Positions 51,653 to 64,000 of a stretch of DNA of 64,000 bases are shown here, piece after piece. The stretch is from contig CM120649.1 of the NCBI GenBank assembly GCA_051362555.1, forward strand, positions 9,486,001 to 9,550,000, in the 5' to 3' direction. A program made the position numbers and the translations under genes. A model generated the notes under the pieces. The model saw only the letters and a list, made by a program, of their open reading frames with translations, ran no database searches and was not told where the DNA came from. The stretch is from Lingula anatina (lineage: Eukaryota > Animalia > Brachiopoda). Within the stretch, counting starts at the first letter, position 1. Each line of letters begins with the position of its first letter.

Positions 51653-54600
51653 CAATAGTAATAAAAATTAAGTTTCCGTTGTACGACGTTTTAAAAACGT
51701 CAGAAACGTTTTAATCCCTATCCTATGAATAGAAGGGGGCGGACAAACAATGGAGAGCCGTCTAATCCCTTCAAAATTCGAACGCCAAAACACAATAGTT
51801 TAGACGTAATAACACACAATACCTTAGGCGAGTGAAACCCATGACGCCTGTTTCTGTGGTCCAGCGCGAGCGGGACAATCCGCTGTGACCAGGTGTAATT
51901 AACAGCAGGATACATCAGCCAGAAGGTGCCTATTGTTTGTTGCGGCGATAAGATTATAGCTTTAAGATGCTAGAACCCATGCTAACGCGTGCCACTCCCG
52001 TGGCCACCTATCCTTTTGTTCACTAGCTTGGCACGCGCAGCAGATCATGTATTAATTAAGTGTTGCAAGAAAACTGCTAGTTTAATTTAGTATCAGTTAT
52101 TTTATTCAATATGAAGTGTTCTGTGGTCAAAAATTGAATTTGATATACATGTATCAGCAACGTACATCAGCATGATTAACAAATCACCCCGTCTCAAAAA
52201 GTTTAAAGATGCTCCGTACACAAATTTCCATCATCGCTACCTGTGTAAAAATAGATAACTGTTTAGAAATAACAAAGAAAGAAACATTATTAAAACAATT
52301 TTTTCACATTACAAGCTGACGTGTTGCCTCAATTACTACATTAAGTTACATTTTATATAAAATAATAGAGCGAATCCGTAAAAGGATAATAATAGAAAGT
52401 CTTAATAAATAAATAAATAAATAAATAAATAAACAGGCCCGCAGCCACGGGGAGTTCGGGAGGTTCGAAAGACCCCCCTTTTGCTGAAAAAAAGTCCACT
52501 CTGGGTAAAATTTGACATAATTACATGGGGATTTTCCGGTAAAAGGTCCACTTTGTCAGAAAAGGACCCCCCCCCCCCTTTGAAATTGCTGGCTACGGGC
52601 TTGATAAATAAATACATTATTTAAAGAATAAAGTAAATAATAAGATGACATTAAGAATCAAATAAAAAAGATAGATAGAAATTAGATGGTATAAATCATT
52701 AAATAAAAGATAAATTATTTTAAATAATTTCATAAATAAATTTTGATTTAATAATCGCTGTGAAGTCTACCCATTATCAGGGCCACAGATAGATTTTCAC
52801 TAGTTGCCAGTATAGACAGATATGTATCTGTTTATTTGATGGGACTTTTTTGCACGCGCGTTAGGGGAACGAGCATATAAACTAATTTCTTTTAAGATTA
52901 AAGTGAGTGTCCTATCATTTGAAAGCCAACAAAATATTTCATTCCACATTAGAGAAATTAGCCTCATAATTACATTTGTAAATTTATAACCGGGTGTATG
53001 TAACTCTTCGCTGTTCAGTAACAGTTATAAAGGAAAGTTAGATTTTGCTTGTATAAAACACACTTTTTATTCTGATAAAAATCGACTGCGCACGAAGCAT
53101 AATGATATTAGGCTTTCGATGATGATTGTGCATGAAACATCAAGTCATTTTTCCTTTTCATAATAGTGCTGGGCACCCAGGTGTTGAATCTTTTACTCGA
53201 CGTGCATCTCCTAATATTGTATAGGCATGATTTCAGGTTGTTCTGGAGCGATGACGATTGCGTTCAAAATGGGTTGTTTGCAGCATAAGTGATGTGAATA
53301 AACCTAGCTTACTAATTAACTATTACCAAAGTAAAGCAGGGCTTTAGGTTTATCAGCCTAAGATTTATTCAATATGGGCAGTTAACTTGGACCAGTCTTG
53401 TTTCATTAACTTTGCGAATGAAAGTCTCCGTCGTTAACGTAAATTTCCTATATGATTTTACATCACTTATCTGATTTAACAATCTTATTGCTTAGGTTTT
53501 GTTTAAGGTTGCATGAGAGCAGATAATGATCGCGTTTAACAATAGATTGAGGGCTATAGTAAGTCCTGCCTCTTTGGGCGATGTCTAAGACTGTTAATTC
53601 AACGTACATAAACATGTAGTGTGACCACAGTGTCAGCCATCCCCCTTGTTGCACGTTGCAAGCGATTTGTCTCATAACTATGACAAGGCGTTCTTTTTTC
53701 TCGTTGTTGTTTTAAAACGGACCACTTTGTTAAGGCTAATTGCTTAGCTCATTGCGCGTCATATGTACTTAGCTCTTTGCGCGTCATATGTAAACGCTAA
53801 GATATGAATGTTATACCGGGTAGTTGATTGTTTTGCCCGGGCGCCGCACTTATGCTTTCTTACTAGAGCGATCTAGAACAAGTCGCTAGTTTGCCCTGTT
53901 TGTAACTGTAGCAAAATATGTTCGACATGCCGTTTCTGCACGACAGTCGGAGACACAGTAATTGTATAAGGCATGGTTTAAGCTTGTTCGAGAGATAATA
54001 ACAGTCGCGTTTAACAAAAGATAGTAAGACCCCCTCCTCTTTAACTGATGTCTTACACTGTTAATATTGACCGCACTTTCATATATTATGTAATACACTG
54101 ACAGACTTTCCCCTGTTGCACGTTGGCGTTGGATTGTACTTGTGCCTCTGTCAATACACCTCATTTAGTTTAAATATTTTTACCGCATAAACCTTTGTGG
54201 TTTAGAGTTAATAAGTTTAGTAGTAGGAATAGGATGGTTGGACAAAAAGCTTCTAGTCAACTGGCTTAGACCTAGGGTGTGATGCTGCTATCATCCGAGG
54301 AAACACCTACACTGAATCCTCTTCCTGAAATCCCCCTAGCTGAAACAAAAAATGCCCCTTGAACCGGTCCATTTTTACAGGGTCGAATCATTTTTGATAT
54401 CATTGAGCGTCTTTAAACGAAAGCTTTTAAGTGACAAAAACAGAACCGTGTGGTGATTGTTTATTAAAGCGTAGGTTTATTCATCATGATCTATTTTGTA
54501 AACAACACATGCCTAAATTTTACTTGGATTGATCATCGTCACTGTTTGGCTACTCGCCTATAATGCGTGCTGAACGACAGACAACTTATAAATATTATCT

Positions 54601-56836
54601 GTGTTACCGTGTATTTGACCAAGTTAAAATAGAATGGTGTCGGTGATTTAATCCATCGAACATATTAATATTTCTTCTTTTAAAACCAGTGTTAGGTTAA
54701 CATCAAGTCAATTTAAGCTAAGATCTAATATTCCGTTTATTAGATCTTAGATTTAAGTAAAGCTAAGTAAAGCATGTTTCTAGTTCATCCACGCTATATA
54801 AACACATGAAGGATAACAAGTCTCTGTAGACAATTAACTTTCACAATGCTCTGTGCTTTAGAGTCCCATGTTATACAAGCAAATGAGTATGGCCTGAGAG
54901 AAATATAAATATGAGGCCGTGTATGAAGATGTTTCAAATAATAAGAATCAAGAATTTAAACATGTTAGGTACATGCACATCATTTAATAAGTCATTTCAC
55001 AAAAATGGCATCTAATTTTTCAGATAAACCTCCACTTTTATCGATCTCAACGCCTTGTCTGATGTTTACGTGTAGGCGGTATACTCCAATATTAATTGCG
55101 AACAATATCAACATGTACAGCGACTTGAGATCGTTGCCTGTCTTTCACACTTTTACAAAAACCCTTGAAGGGTTAATAAAAGGATTCGCGTTGCGATATC
55201 TATCTCTTTCTTTCGAACAAGCAAATTAAGGGCTGACCCGAAGTAAGCTGGCATAACTAATTTCTCTTTGACTGTACAAGGGTATATTGTAATTACTCCA
55301 CTTGGTCGCCTCCATTGTCTTGTAACAGTGACAAAGAATGTGTTTTCACACGCTAGTTTACATAACTCCTTTGCCTTGTGTCTTTATCAAGGTTATAATC
55401 AGTTTGAATAGGTTGTCTTGCCTCACTTAAAAAGGGAGTTGTTCTTCACACTGGTTTTTGCCTAACTTATGCTAACCTATTTTGTACAAATATGGTTTTA
55501 ATAAATCGCCAAAATCATGACACTAGTGAACATTGTATATCAAACGTTTTGATACGATTAAATAAATGTGCAAGAAGGATTACGGAATGAGTTACTATTT
55601 ACCTCCCCCCACGCCCCCCCTCCCCCCCCCAAAAAAATGCTCTTTTGATTTCGAAATGAATTTGTTTTTAACGTAAAGAAGTCCAATACCCCTTTCACGA
55701 CTCAGTCATTGTACAGCATGTTGTAATCGATATTTAAAAAAGTTCATAACTTGGACCGGAGTTTGATATACAGTGTACTGTAGCTACAATGGCATTCCTC
55801 AAGTTGGGTCTGCTGGGGGAGGGGGCATTTAAATGATAAACGAAGAAGTCCACCTGTAAACAGCAGCGGTTTAAATGATCGCTATCTCGGTTATTTTTCC
55901 TTTGACAGCATCATAGAAAATGTTAAGGGAGAAAGTCACACATACCCACGGCGTTGTTTTGTCTTCAGCATTTCCTCCTTCCTGCTTACTGCAATTATTA
56001 TCGTCAATTAATTAAACCGAGAAAGCAATTAAATGATGGCACATTGAATATAATCACTATGTGCATTTCGCTGAGTGTAAACACGATCTAGCGAAACATT
56101 TTATTTCAGAATAAATTTATATGTGATTTCACCTCTGTCGTTTGCGTTATTTCAAACAAAACGATTTCCTGAAAGACCAACTTTAAAATGTATGTCTATT
56201 CAGCAAAATAATGTAATTTAATACAACTATGAGTAATGTATTTAAACTACGGCCGTATATGCGATGGCCATGTGGGATTATAATTGCATACCTTGATGCA
56301 AAACAGTCTATCGTTTCTCCTACCGCGAGTCCCTTTAATTAATGTATTATATTACTCTTTACCCTTTTTATTTGACACTGTCTCTGTTTCTCTCCCCTTT
56401 TCCTTTCTCTTGTAAGAAGGAGGGCAAATAATTAAGCATTCAAAATATGCATCACCAATCTTCAGAAAAGAATGAGTGAATGAACCATTGGGCTGGCCCA
56501 CAACGTCCGACACAGCAGAATAAATTAAATAACAGCTTTCACAGATTTAACTGCAGTTAGCTGTATAGCGTCACTATATACATAATCCGCTGCACGCGCG
56601 AAGCTGTTGAACAAAAGGATAGTTCTCTATGGAAGACCTTTTGTTTACATAAGTACTCTAAGGGGGCGTGCCTAACCAGGCGACAAGAGGATTAGGCTAG
56701 TCACTATATTCCGTCAAATTCGTTTAGCGACCCTATAATTATCACACTCCCTCAATTGTATTTTCTGACGTTATAATTGTATCTAATCTTCTTACGTTAG
56801 ATGGAATAAATGCACACATACATAATCTTATGACTG
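51653..56836 (-). mobile_element. Unclassified TA-flanked element, copy B (5.2 kb), inverted relative to copy A
   Basis: TA|caatagtaataa...cttatgactg|TA at gtaacTA|tgg. 51660-52140 is the reverse complement of ~51030-51495; 54680-56830 is the reverse complement of ~47290-50505, with clear divergence. Confidence 0.72.
52434..52603. mobile_element. Independent insertion of the caggcccgtagccag MITE family
   Basis: caggcccgcagcca...tggctacgggcttg flanked by ataaa on both sides, next to a (TAAA)n tract. Confidence 0.8.
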
Positions 56837-57650
56837 TATGGGCGTATCTTTGCCAGTTTTGGAGATAAAAGGGAACAAAAATTTGAAAAGTTCAGTTCAT
56901 GGTAAAAAGTAGGTCAAAGGTCAATTTTAAGGTCACAGTAAATTGCCAGTATATGACGTCCTATTCAAGTTCAATAGTAACTATGGACTTATTTCTGCCA
57001 GTTTTGGAGATAAAAGCGAAAGAAATTAGCAAAGTTCAGTTCATGGTAAAAAGTAGGCCAAAGGTCAATTTTAAGATCACAGTAAATTGCCAGTATATGA
57101 CTTCCTATTCAAGTTCAATAGTAACTATGGACCTATCTCTGCCAGTTTTGGAGATAAAAGGGAACGAAAATGTGCAAAGTTCAATTCATGGTTAAAAGTA
57201 GGTCAAAGGTCAATTTCAAAGTCACACTTAGATTGCCAGTATATGATTTCCTAATCAAGTTCAATAGTAACTGTGGACCTATCTCTGCCAGTTTTAGAGA
57301 TAAAAGGGAATGAAAATTTGCAAAGTTCAGTTCATGATGAAAAATAGGTCAAAGGTCAATTTTAAGGTCATAGTAAATTGCCTGTAATGACTTTCTATTC
57401 AAGTTCAAAGTAACTATGGGCGTATCTCTGCCAGTTTTGGGGATAAAAGGGAACGAAAATTTGCAAAGTTCAATTCATGGTTAAAAATAGGTCAAAGGTC
57501 AATTTCAGTGTCAGAGTTAATTGCCAGTATATGACTTCCTATTCAAGTTCAATAGTAACTATGGATCTATCTCTGCCAGTTTTGGAGATAAAAGGAAACA
57601 AAAATTTGCAAAGTTCAATTCATGATGAAATATAGGTCAAAGGTCAATTC
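56837..57650. repeat. 146-bp tandem array (~5.5 copies)
   Basis: Same monomer as 39760-41770. Confidence 0.92.
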
Positions 57651-58351
57651 GAAAACGGTATGAAATACAAAAAAACCTCACCTCAAGTGTTGGGTTTTAC
57701 ATGCTCTACAAAATGCAAAAAAGAATGGGGCTCCAGCATTAACGGTTCCCGAATTAGAGACAGTTTTCAGTTTCGGTATCTTATGGCCGCTTCTCCCGTC
57801 AAAATGCAACGATTGACCCCAAATTCATGGAGATGAAAGATGACCCGAAAAGTAACACTTTCCAACAATATTATTGGTTAGGTCTGTGTAGTTTCTGAAT
57901 ATCAGCACAAATAATTTTTTTTTCGTAAAAAAATTCATTTTTTTGAAAATTTTGGCCAATTTGACCTTGAAATAAAGGTCAAAGGTCAAATCCAAGGGCA
58001 TATTTGAAATCTCCACATATGACTTTCGGTCAGCCGTCTGTAGAAATTTTTCCCATAATTCCTTCTGTAGGGTAGATAATTAGCATTTAATTTTGCCTTT
58101 TTTGGACAAGGGTGCATTGCAATGAGTGCCACACCTAGACCCAAGCACCTACGAATCCCAAATTTTACGTGGAACGCTTTGAGATTATAGGTGACCTAAA
58201 TCCAAGAGATGGGTACGCAGACCCTTGTAGTCTAGGAGGAGAAGCGGTAATGATGACATGGCGGTGGAGCCGGCAGAGCCAACGGAGCCGGCGGAACAGG
58301 CGGGTCGGAACTAAAACCATGTGCACCGCCATCGCCTACGCTGGTGGTACA

Positions 58352-61201
58352 ATAAACACATACAGCAACAATAAAGACATATATAGACAGTGATGAGAAT
58401 ACATAGAGACACATTCTATGTCACAACAGTCAATGCATAGGTATCAGAATGTATACATAAAATTTTGTTCATAAGAAGATTTATGCTAAGCAAACCCTCG
58501 CCTCTCCAACTCAGAACAGTTCACATTAATCCTTAATTGTCTCCTTGAAAATATATAACTGAGTGGGATCTAAGTGAACCTTTTCCAAAATAATAATTTC
58601 TCAGGTATAACATATAGGGGCAATGATGACAATGGGATTGAAGAGAATCGCCAGTGTAGCAATATCGTTATTGCACCAACCTGTGGTGATGATGTGAGGT
58701 TGAGATGAGTCCAGCTGATCAGAATACATACAGACTCATTCTATGTCACAACAGACAATGCACAGGCATCAGAATGTATACACAAAATTTTGTCTATATC
58801 AAGATTTTTTGCTAAGCACACAACTGCCTCCCATCCCCACCCAAATCTCAATAGTTCACATTAACCCTTTATTGTCACCTTGACCATATCTAAAACTGAG
58901 TATGCATGATATAATGGCACAATATTACAGATATAGAGATTTTTCCCCTGGTCATGTACGTGTTTAACTGTTATATAATGCTGTAATATTTTTAAACTAC
59001 TAGATAAGCTGAACACTTCTTGGTTTTGACAAAATTGTATTCTAAAGATAATACAACTTTTAAAATTGGCATAGAATTATTTAGTTTAGTTATTTAAAAT
59101 CAATTTTGAAGTTGTTTGAGATTTTTTTAAAATAAATTCTCTATCTCTCTTACCACACCCTCCCACAAACAAGCTCTCACTCACTCTCCCCCCTCTCTTT
59201 CTCTCTCTCTCACACACACACACATTCATACAAACAGAAACACACTAAGAGCCTGCGGGGGTATAGTCATTATATCTCGGAATCATTGGGACTACACATG
59301 GAGAGGTGTGTGAGAGGCGGAGAGACTATTAAAAGATTAGGCGGTTTTCCTTTCATGTACGTCCGCCATATTTAGTCTCAGTATTTGTAAAGCCTGGCTC
59401 AATTCGTTGTGAATGCGGTCTAAGACATCAGTGAGATTATGTAATACTGTAATATTTTCAAAATACTGGATAAGCTGAACACTTCTTTGTTTTGAGAAAA
59501 TTGTATTCTAAAGATAATACAACTTACAAAATTGGCATAGAATTATTTAGTTTAGTTATTTAAAATCAATTTTGAAGTTGTTTGAGTTTTTTTAATAATA
59601 AATTCTCATATATCTCTCTTACCACACCCTCCCACAAACAAGCTCTCACTCACTCTCCCCCCCCCCTCTCTCTCTCTCTCTCTCACATACACACACACAC
59701 TAACTCTCTCTCTCTCTTTGTCTGTCTCACACACACACACAAATTCATACAAACAGAAACACACTAAGACATCATTGAGATTAAATGAAGACTTAAGCTT
59801 CACTGTAAGGTGCTGCCGCCAAGTGGATAAAGCAAGCACTACATTGTAAAATGCAGCAATGGGAAGAGCAGCCCCAGCAATGGGAAGTATCAAAAATAGA
59901 AAATGCGTAACAAACCAAAGGAAAATGAACAAATTGGTTTCTATAATTCATTTAAATAAATTGTACACACAATAGCACAGGATTTAAACGACTGCGCATG
60001 AGTGAAAAGTGCACTGTTTAAAACTAACAAGTTGGTGAAACATTGACAAAGTCTGCCGATGTTTATCCACTGGTTGATTTTATTTGATTTGCCATCTGCT
60101 GTTGTTTTGAAAATTGATATTAGAGACATTCTATTGATTTTATGTTTTAAAAAGTAAATCCATCGGAATTTCCTTAGAATGATAGTGACAATAAAGACAT
60201 ACAAGTGGACAGTGATCAGAATACATACAGATACATTCAATGTCTCAACAGACAATGCAAATTAAGGCATCAAGATGTATAGCAATCAGGGGCGGATTTA
60301 GGCCGTCTTCTGGGTCTTCCGGAAGACGGTCAGATTTTCAAGTTTACATTAACAGATATCTATTTTTTCTGTCGGAAGACGGTCAAAAGTGGAGCATGGA
60401 TCAATAAAGATAATGCGGAAGCCTGTCAGAAAATATCTCTGGATCCGCCCCTGGCAATATCTTTGTTGCACTGACCTTTGCTAATACTATGTGGTTGTAG
60501 AAGGAGATGGTGAACAGACGAATTCAACTGTCCTCAGAGTGATGATAATACAGAAAACACACCTTCATTTCTACTGAAAACAGATAACAAATCATCAATA
60601 ATATATATATATACATATATATATGTGTAGACATATAGGGTAGTTAAAACACAGACATAACACATAATAGACACTATAATAGACACATATAGCAGCAATA
60701 AAGACATTTTGTCTATATCAAATTTGCTAAGCGACGTCGAAAAGTTTACATTAACTGTTGTCACCTTGAACATATATAAAACTGAGTGGGATCTAATTAA
60801 GTGACCCTTTTCCAAAATGAGAATTTCTCAGGTACAACATATAGCAGCAATGTTCACAATGGGATTGAAGAAAATCACCAGTGCAGCAATATCATTGTTG
60901 TACTGACATGTGCTGAGGCTGCTAGGTTGAGATCAGTTCAGCTGTCCTCAGTATAATGATAATCCAGGAAACACACCTTCATCTCTACTGAAAATAGATA
61001 ATATATCATCACTTAAACCATTTATAGACACATACAGTATAGTTACATCATGGAAATAACACAGTAATCAGGTTATATTATTATATTATAATTAACACAT
61101 GCAGAAACAACAAAGACATTGACAGTGATCAGAATACATACAAACACATTCAATGTCACAACAGACAATGCACAGTGATCAGAATGTATACATGAAATTT
61201 T

Positions 61202-61246
<45 letters not shown>

Positions 61247-61929
61247 CTCCCCAACTCCATTGTCACCTTAGAATATATATAACTTAAGTGGGATGTAATT
61301 AAGTGACCCTTTTTCAAAATAATTATTTGTAAGATATAACATATAGCAGCAATGGTCACAGTTGGATTGAAGAGAATTGCCAGTGTAGCAGTATATATCA
61401 TTGTTGTAATGACCTGTGATGAGGCTGTGAGGTTGAGATGAGTTCAGCTGTCCTCAGTGTGACGATAATCCAGGAAACACGTACACCATCTCTACTGAAA
61501 ACAGATAATATATCATCAATAAAAATATATATATGCAGACACATACGTACAGTATGTAGTTACAACACAGACATATAACACAGTGATTATAATATATCAT
61601 TGTATTATAATAAACACATACAGCAACAACAAAGACATAGACAGTGATCAGAATACATACAGACACACGTGTCACAACAGACAATGCATAGGTATAAGAA
61701 TGCATGAAATTTTGTCCATATAAAGATTTATGCTAAGCAAACCGTCACCTCTCCAACTCCGAACAGTTCACATTGACCCTTGTCTCCTTGAAAATATATA
61801 ACTGAGTGGGATCTAAGTGACCCTTTTCAAAAATAATAATTTCTCAGGTATAACATATAGGGGCAATGGTCACAATGGGATTGAAGAAAATCGCCAGTGT
61901 AACAATTATATCGTTATTGCACTGACCTT
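58352..61929. repeat. Macro-repeat, more diverged and rearranged units lacking the 174-bp MITE
   Basis: Homologous to 1715-3110 and to the ~500-bp subunits; local duplication of ~58970-59250 at 59437-59770. Confidence 0.88.
60287..60453. mobile_element. 167-bp MITE with a 5-bp TSD
   Basis: caggggcggatttag...ctggatccgcccctg flanked by gcaat/gcaat; uninterrupted atagcaatattg at 46782. Confidence 0.8.
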
Positions 61930-62351
61930 GGACATAACAATGAAAGGACGTGAAATGCGGCATCTTCCTTTAAAGCTATGTGCGTTCGGGTAAACATTTG
62001 CCCATTGTCTTAGATAAGCTGTTTTGACAGCTCCACGGGAGTCTGAACAGCTTATTATCAAGGTAGCGCGCGCTGTGCCTCAGTGATTTTCTTTTGTTCT
62101 ATTGCATGGATAACGTAATTTCTCGCAGTCCCTCGTGGTTGCTTTGATACAGCATTGCTGCCAACTTGCAGCGTCGAGCACATAAGCTTGCGTCAACACA
62201 TGGATTTTTTTTTTCAAGTTTTCAGTATCTTTTTCTTGTAACCTCATTAAAACGGTTTCTGTCATTTGTCTATACTTGTTATTATTTCAAAGATTGTATT
62301 GATCTATGTTGAGGTGATATATAACTGGTTTTAAAGCAATGTATTGGCCAA

Positions 62352-62832
62352 TTCATGTATGGTGCCATTTTCCAATGACAGTCGATATTGAGAGTAATGA
62401 AATTATCAATTAACAACCCCAAATTTGAGCAGACAATAGCCGGTACAATGAACATATATATATACAGTTTCCAGTAGTGTTGATGTCAGCTTTGATAAAA
62501 TAATATTAAAAGTACCTGGGCGCGTTTTTGTGTGTCACAAATGCATGTGTGGTGCCATTTTTCAACAAGAGCCGATAATGAGAGTAATGAAATTATCAAT
62601 TACCATCCCCAAATTCGAGCAGACAATAGCTGGTAAAATGAACATATATATACAGTTCACAGTAGTGTTATTGTCAACTTTGATAAAAGGTTATTAAAAG
62701 CACCCTGGGCACGTTTTTGTGTGTCACAAATGCATGTGTTTTGCCATATTGCAACGAGAACCGATATTGAGGGTAAAAATATTAATTGGCACCCCCATTT
62801 TCGAGAAGACGTTAGCCGGTAAAATGAACATA
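62352..62832. repeat. ~190-bp tandem repeat, ~2.5 copies
   Basis: catgtrtggtgccatttt...gagcagacaatagc at ~62354 and ~62544, with a diverged copy at ~62733. Confidence 0.8.
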
Positions 62833-62968
62833 CCGTTTAGCTATTAAAAAACAAGACTACTGGTACGCGTTAGATTGATAACTGATTTAATTCTCGTAAG
62901 ATTACCATCCGCCCCCTTCCTTATGAATAGGTATTACTTTATTAATACAATGCAACCGACATGTAGCC

Positions 62969-63118
62969 ACAAGTTAGAAGACAATGTGTGATTACGCACA
63001 GCAGTATGAGGCCGCTACCCCTTCCCAGCAAGGAGTTAACTAAGCCGCAAGTTAGAAGACAATGCGTGATTACTCACAGCAGTAGGAGGCCGCTACCGCT
63101 CCCCAGCAAGGAGTCAAC
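62969..63118. repeat. ~78-bp tandem duplication
   Basis: caagttagaagacaatgygtgattac...ggccgctacc...ccagcaaggagt at ~62970 and ~63048. Confidence 0.85.
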
Positions 63119-63682
63119 ACAGCAGCGCGTACCCCGGGCTTAATTAGGGGTTATTAGCTGTCCACTTATGATCGGTATTGTTCGTCTTGATTGCAACACT
63201 CTTCCTACTCACTATTGGTTTGCCCGCCTCTTCTTTAAATGCTCTCTCAAACCTTTCCTCAGTCAGCCGAGAATGGAAACACGTTTATCTGCCGATAAAC
63301 TACGTTGTTGATGTATTATTCGGCATCATTCTACAGTGTGTCATAAGGCTCTATCTATGGCTCTATTTTTTTCGTCTCGCATTTTACCAGATTAAGCTGA
63401 TGCTTGAAAACTAAATTTAATGAATAATTTTCTCACGTGCACGTATCCAGCTAATTTTACGACAATAACTACCACGGCACCTCCGCCATTTGCAATTGTA
63501 GACGAACCACGTGTTTCCAACTGATAGGCCAATACAACTATAACTGACCCATTGCACGAGAAAATAATAATAATAATAATTTATTGTCATATTTATACAA
63601 GTATAAAATGAAAATCGGTATGATCTGTCGATAAAATGTGATACAGTGAAATGATTAAAATACATTTTGTTCATTAAAAATA

Positions 63683-64000
63683 CCGTACTAGGATTAAGAA
63701 TGTGTACATTTACCCCGTGGACCATTTGAAGATTACACTGCGATTAATGCGGTGGAAAATACAATAGAGAGAGTGTATAATGATAGGGTCACTAAACGAT
63801 TGTTGACGGCATATATTTAGTAACTAGCCTAATCCCCTGGACGCCTGGGTAGCCACGCCCCCTAAGAGTACTTATGTAAACAAATGGTCTCCAGTAGCGA
63901 ACTATCCTTTTGTTGAACAGCTTCGCGCGTGCAGCTGATTATGTATGTAGTGACACTATAGCTAACTGCATATAAATTTGTGCTAGCTGTTATTTGATTC
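63683..64000 (+). mobile_element. Unclassified TA-flanked element, copy C (5' end; runs off window)
   Basis: TA|ccgtactaggattaagaatgtg... is close to 47289-47600 but has unrelated flanking DNA. Confidence 0.8.

Larger units (their letters stand above)
47015..58351 (-). mobile_element. HINE-like element family 2, copy 2, expanded to 11.3 kb by nested insertions
   Basis: Same termini as 39556-42748. The host repeat reads tattatattataa|taaacacatacagc across it. 146-bp monomers at 47100-47288, 51500-51652 and 56837-57650. Confidence 0.82.

Noticed and set aside
47289-56836. Single fold-back element or recent inverted duplication / assembly hairpin
   Set aside because: The arms are clearly diverged with kb-scale indels, each has its own TA boundaries, and a host satellite monomer lies between them.

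Overview
AT-rich animal (probably invertebrate) repeat cluster with no recognisable host gene, rRNA, tRNA or CRISPR array. The backbone is a ~2.69-kb tandem macro-repeat built from diverged ~500-bp subunits, a (CT)n(CA)n tract and a fixed 174-bp MITE. The backbone is broken by nested insertions whose empty sites can be read from sister units. These are: three families of non-autonomous Helentron/HINE-like elements; a TTAA-flanked GAG...CTC DNA element; a Gmr1-type Gypsy LTR retrotransposon (gag-PR-IN-RT-RH, tRNA-Pro PBS, GGCT TSD) whose integrase C-half is replaced by an antisense 5'-truncated LINE; two copies of a CCCAG...CTGGG (CMC/EnSpm-like) element; an Academ-like shell carrying a decayed Tc1 transposase; and an ISL2EU-type element (THAP-DDE transposase plus convergent YqaJ exonuclease). 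The most unusual structure is a ~9.5-kb quasi-palindrome (47289-56836): two diverged copies of an unclassified non-coding TA-flanked element sit in opposite orientation one satellite monomer apart inside a HINE. All assignments were made by eye from motifs, termini and TSDs; no database searches were run, and I cannot show that anything here is a new biological system rather than unusual arrangements of known TE classes.
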